Shown in pieces: positions 33,521-36,880 of a stretch of DNA of 36,880 bases. Both the position numbers and the translations under genes were made by a program. The notes under the pieces are model-generated. The model saw nothing but the letters and a program-made list of their open reading frames with translations, was not told the origin of the DNA and searched no databases. This stretch comes from Seison nebaliae (lineage: Eukaryota). The DNA lies in the NCBI GenBank assembly GCA_023231475.1, contig JALJEE010002443.1, forward strand, positions 1 through 36,880, written 5' to 3'. Within the stretch, counting starts at the first letter, position 1, and each line of letters opens with the position of its first letter.

Positions 33521-36500
33521 TGTATATGAATACATCGAGTACTTTGCCATGTGGTAATTTAGTGAATTTTATTAACTCAACTCAATATGACTATTGGCTT
33601 CACGTCGACGTGGTTGAGGTGAATTAAAAATTTTTTTTTCTTACTATCTGGACTTTGCTTCCATCTAACGAACGGCTTCACTTCACTACACTGTCAATAT
33701 TGATACGAACAAAGCTCACTCACAAATTACCATGTCCATTTATCTTCAAAGTCAAGCAATGTGACTTGAAGTGCATAACTCCCAATTTGTACGGGAGTTA
33801 ACGAAAATTTTCTCCTTTCCTTTATTTCTTTATCAGCTGCTAACTAACCGGACACTTAACGAATATTCTCACACGCACGACAGATAAGAAAGTAGATAAT
33901 AAAATATTTTTTTGTTTATTTTCATAACGTTTCTCTCGGAAACTTCTCAAAAAAGAAATTATCGAAATCTAACCATCAGTGTTCGTTCGTTGTTGCAGTT
34001 GCGATTCGATTGGAGTTGTATGATAGCAGTCGCTTGGTTGTTGAGATAAGTCGAATTCGGTACATTCGATTGCTGAATCACTCAGGTTGCATGGTGACGT
34101 CATTTGTGTTTCTGTTCTTTCTAAATTTTCATTCTTTTCTACCATTTTTTTTGATGAAATTTCAAAAAATTAATTTTATGGATTTATTGAATTGATCGTT
34201 TTTTTTAATGAAATATCACAGTTCCAATATTTTATATATTGGAATAAACTCAATTTATCGATTGGATACGTATTTAGATGCTGATCATCACATATCATCG
34301 AAAAGAAAGTGTGAAAATTGGGAAGGATGACAATTAATGAGCGATCAACACTTATCTTACCAGACTGTTGTGAAGTACTTGAAAAAAGAATTGGGAAGAT
34401 TCTAAAGTCTGACCAAGGTGTTAACTGCCCAACGAATTCTGATGAATTTCATGATGAGAATAACTCGACTTTTCCCAAATTCAATTCTACAATTATGAAA
34501 CATAATGGATGGAATTTCTATCTATTCTTCTTTCCCAATTTTCTCAGTTTTTATGAGATGAAATTAAACGAGTGAAAAAGAATGTCGTAACGACTGAGAG
34601 TAAAAGATTGATATTTGTAAACAGATCGCCAACTAATTTCCTATAAACTTCCTACTCCTCTTGAAATGGGAGGAATATGAAGGAGAATAGAATAGAAAAC
34701 AGAAAGATGATTGGAATAATAGGGAACTGTTCCAATGGGAGAAGAAAGGAATATTTTAGAATAAGACATCCGCTTCTTTATTCGTCTTTATGTTCGCACA
34801 AAAGAATCGAATAAATGAAAAGAAGAGAGGAATGAAAATTCCAACAATAATCGAACTAGTCAAATGATAAATTATTTGTAAGCAAATCGAATACAATAGC
34901 TATTCTAATTAAGTCTTGAATTAATATTACATCTTCCTTTCTTTATCTTTGTCTCCGCGCCCACTGCATGCACAATCACTCGGACTTTTCTCTTCATGGA
35001 GAAATTTATTAATAAAATTCACTACATCTTTCATTCAATTTCCTTTCAAGAATTTCATTCATTCAATTGAAAATAATTCAAAGTTCACATAATTCAATTT
35101 CTGATTAAAATTATTCAAATATTGAACTAAATTTTGTGAAGTCAAAAGATCTTTATTTACTAAATATCCAAAACGATTTTCTTTAATGAAAAGAAAAAGT
35201 AACGAAAGAAACTTTTATTCAGTAATTATTCACATTCTTTCATTTACCATATCCTACATATATTGTTAGGGCAAAGAATATGCAACAGAAAAATAGAGAA
35301 ATATTATGTTCTTCCTTTTTGTTCTACTGTTCTGTTTCACTGCTGTGATTACGTGAAAGAAAACAGAAGAAAAACAGTAGTTTAGTTAGTTTGAATTTCA
35401 GATATGTGTTTCCATTCCATTCGGAATGAAAGAGCCAATGAAATACTGAGATTGATGTCACGCACAACTAATTTCATTTGATGATGTCTGTTTTCAAGTG
35501 CCTGTTTTATTAATCAGCAGCTGTTGAATAAATAATTACGATAGTGCAACTCATCGAATTGTACGAATGCATTCCTCTCTTAACAAAAGATTTCCATTTG
35601 TTTTCTATTTTTCTTTCCATTAATAATCCGTTTTTAACCAAAAATAATTTAAGGAAACCGAAAACAAAAATTCGAATTATTTATTACAAGAATGAATTAT
35701 AAAAACTGAAAATGTGAACTGAAATTTTAAAACTTTTGGGCGTTTTAAGAAATTTTTTGTAAGATTATTGATCACTTCGTAAATATCAACAAACGGAGAT
35801 AAAGAACGAAACTTTTTTGAGTATTTCAAAATTGTTATAACCATTGATCGTATGCGATCAATTTAGCGGCGAATGTATTATGTCTGTTTAAATTAATTCT
35901 GTAAATTGAACTTCGATATTTTTTTGAATTCAGAAATCACCCATGAATAAATACGATTAAACTATCCTTCTATCGAATATATTAATTTATCAAAAAAAAA
36001 ATAATTCAAACTACAATAATAAACTTGATAATGTTATTTGATAATGATACTGAATATTGATATGATTTTAAACTGATATATCAAATTGACAACGAAATTG
36101 TAATATATAATACTATAATAGGATCAGATAAATAGCTTTCAATTTTCAAATAAATTTCCTAATTTCGTCAAAATTATTATATGAAATCGTATAAATGCTA
36201 CAATAATCATATAACACGTCAGAGAATTATAAGAAATATATTTCTGTCTTACAATTGTTTACCGATATAAAATTGAATTTGATTAACAATTAACATTTGT
36301 AAGAAAAGTAGACGATATTTTCGAATAATATTTTCTTAGCAATTTCTTAAATTTTCAAAATTATTGAATTATTATATGTTATGTTTTCAAAAAATTGTTG
36401 AACGTCGAAATAGAAAATATTTTTTGAAAGTCAATGGATAATTAATAGGCAGAAAGTGCAATAAAGAAGTAATCTGAAGTTTTGATAAAAGAAAAATGAT

Positions 36501-36654
36501 AGATTTAAGCCTAAGTATTTAAATTAAGATATTTTTATGAATAATTGGTGGATGGATTGGATATTTTAATATGAGTGAATGAATGAATATTGGCTTTGTA
36601 AATAAAATAAATTTAAGAGTTTTCCACCAGAATTTTTTTTAATCTTCAATCCCA

Positions 36655-36880
36655 ATGCCGCGTCTGGGAAGAAGCCCAAAAAGTCGTGGAATCCAACCAG
36701 ATAAATCTTCAAGATTTAATTTTATTGAACAAAACACGTATCATGAGACAACGGTAAATGAAACTCCTGTAACCAAGTCTCCATTCACCAATAGACAATC
36801 TACAAATTTAAGTACTCCGAGAAGAAAAGAGAGTAGTCGATCTCAAATAACTTTCCCATCATCTCCTGATGTCCCACACA
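36655..36880 (+). CDS. 5' end of an unidentified gene (partial), S/T-P-rich disordered N-terminus
   Basis: ATG at 36655 open to the window edge: MPRLGRSPKSRGIQPDKSS...TPVTKSPF...STPRRKESS...SSPDVPH; GC content rises relative to upstream DNA. Not in the ORF track because no stop is reached. Confidence 0.65.
   Translation, partial: MPRLGRSPKSRGIQPDKSSRFNFIEQNTYHETTVNETPVTKSPFTNRQSTNLSTPRRKESSRSQITFPSSPDVPH

Larger units (their letters stand above)
29883..35500. promoter_or_regulatory. Homotypic cluster of NK2 binding sites (TCAAGTG/CACTTGA) upstream of the NK2.1 gene
   Basis: Eight perfect heptamers starting at 29883, 29950, 31243, 31350, 31739, 32849, 33514, 35494, plus CAAGTG at 32235 and 32562 and several TACTTGA/TCAAGTA variants. 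Confidence 0.65.

Noticed and set aside
30504..34575. Several 60-125 aa ORFs upstream of NK2.1
   Set aside because: No domain similarity, overlapping on both strands, none gives a convincing phase-1 exon with a tinman motif.
35324..35380. Imperfect hairpin (CTACTGTT...AACAGTAG) as a pre-miRNA candidate
   Set aside because: Large asymmetric bulges, low complexity, no recognised mature miRNA.
1..36880. Non-standard genetic code or stop-codon readthrough as the cause of fragmented ORFs
   Set aside because: All breaks in conserved proteins are resolved by short GT..AG introns, and TAA, TAG and TGA all serve as terminal stops.
1..36880. tRNA, rRNA, snRNA genes or transposon ORFs
   Set aside because: None recognised by eye; covariance-model searches would be needed to exclude small RNAs.

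Overview
AT-rich (roughly 30% GC by eye), very compact invertebrate (probably protostome) nuclear DNA, standard genetic code, with tiny spliceosomal introns. Gene models were built by hand from the sequence. Left to right: ZFPL1 (+); an orphan single-pass membrane protein (+); Epac/RAPGEF4 (-); Smaug/SAMD4 (-); sphingolipid delta-4 desaturase DEGS1 (-); a secreted protein with two Ly6/three-finger domains joined by ~330 aa of Pro/Gln/Val repeats (+); two tandem orphan paralogues with an MSP-like N-terminus, very basic middle and C-terminal TM helix (-); lamin B receptor (-), whose second intron appears to hold two antisense genes (a quiver-like Ly6 gene and a coiled-coil ORF); an NK2.1-class homeobox gene (-) with ~7 kb of gene-free upstream DNA rich in NK2 binding sites; and the 5' end of a gene at the right edge (+). 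The strongest unusual signal is in splicing: 39 of 41 reconstructed coding-region introns begin GTT rather than GTA/GTG, suggesting an altered 5' splice-site code. No database searches were possible, so family calls rest on recognised motifs.
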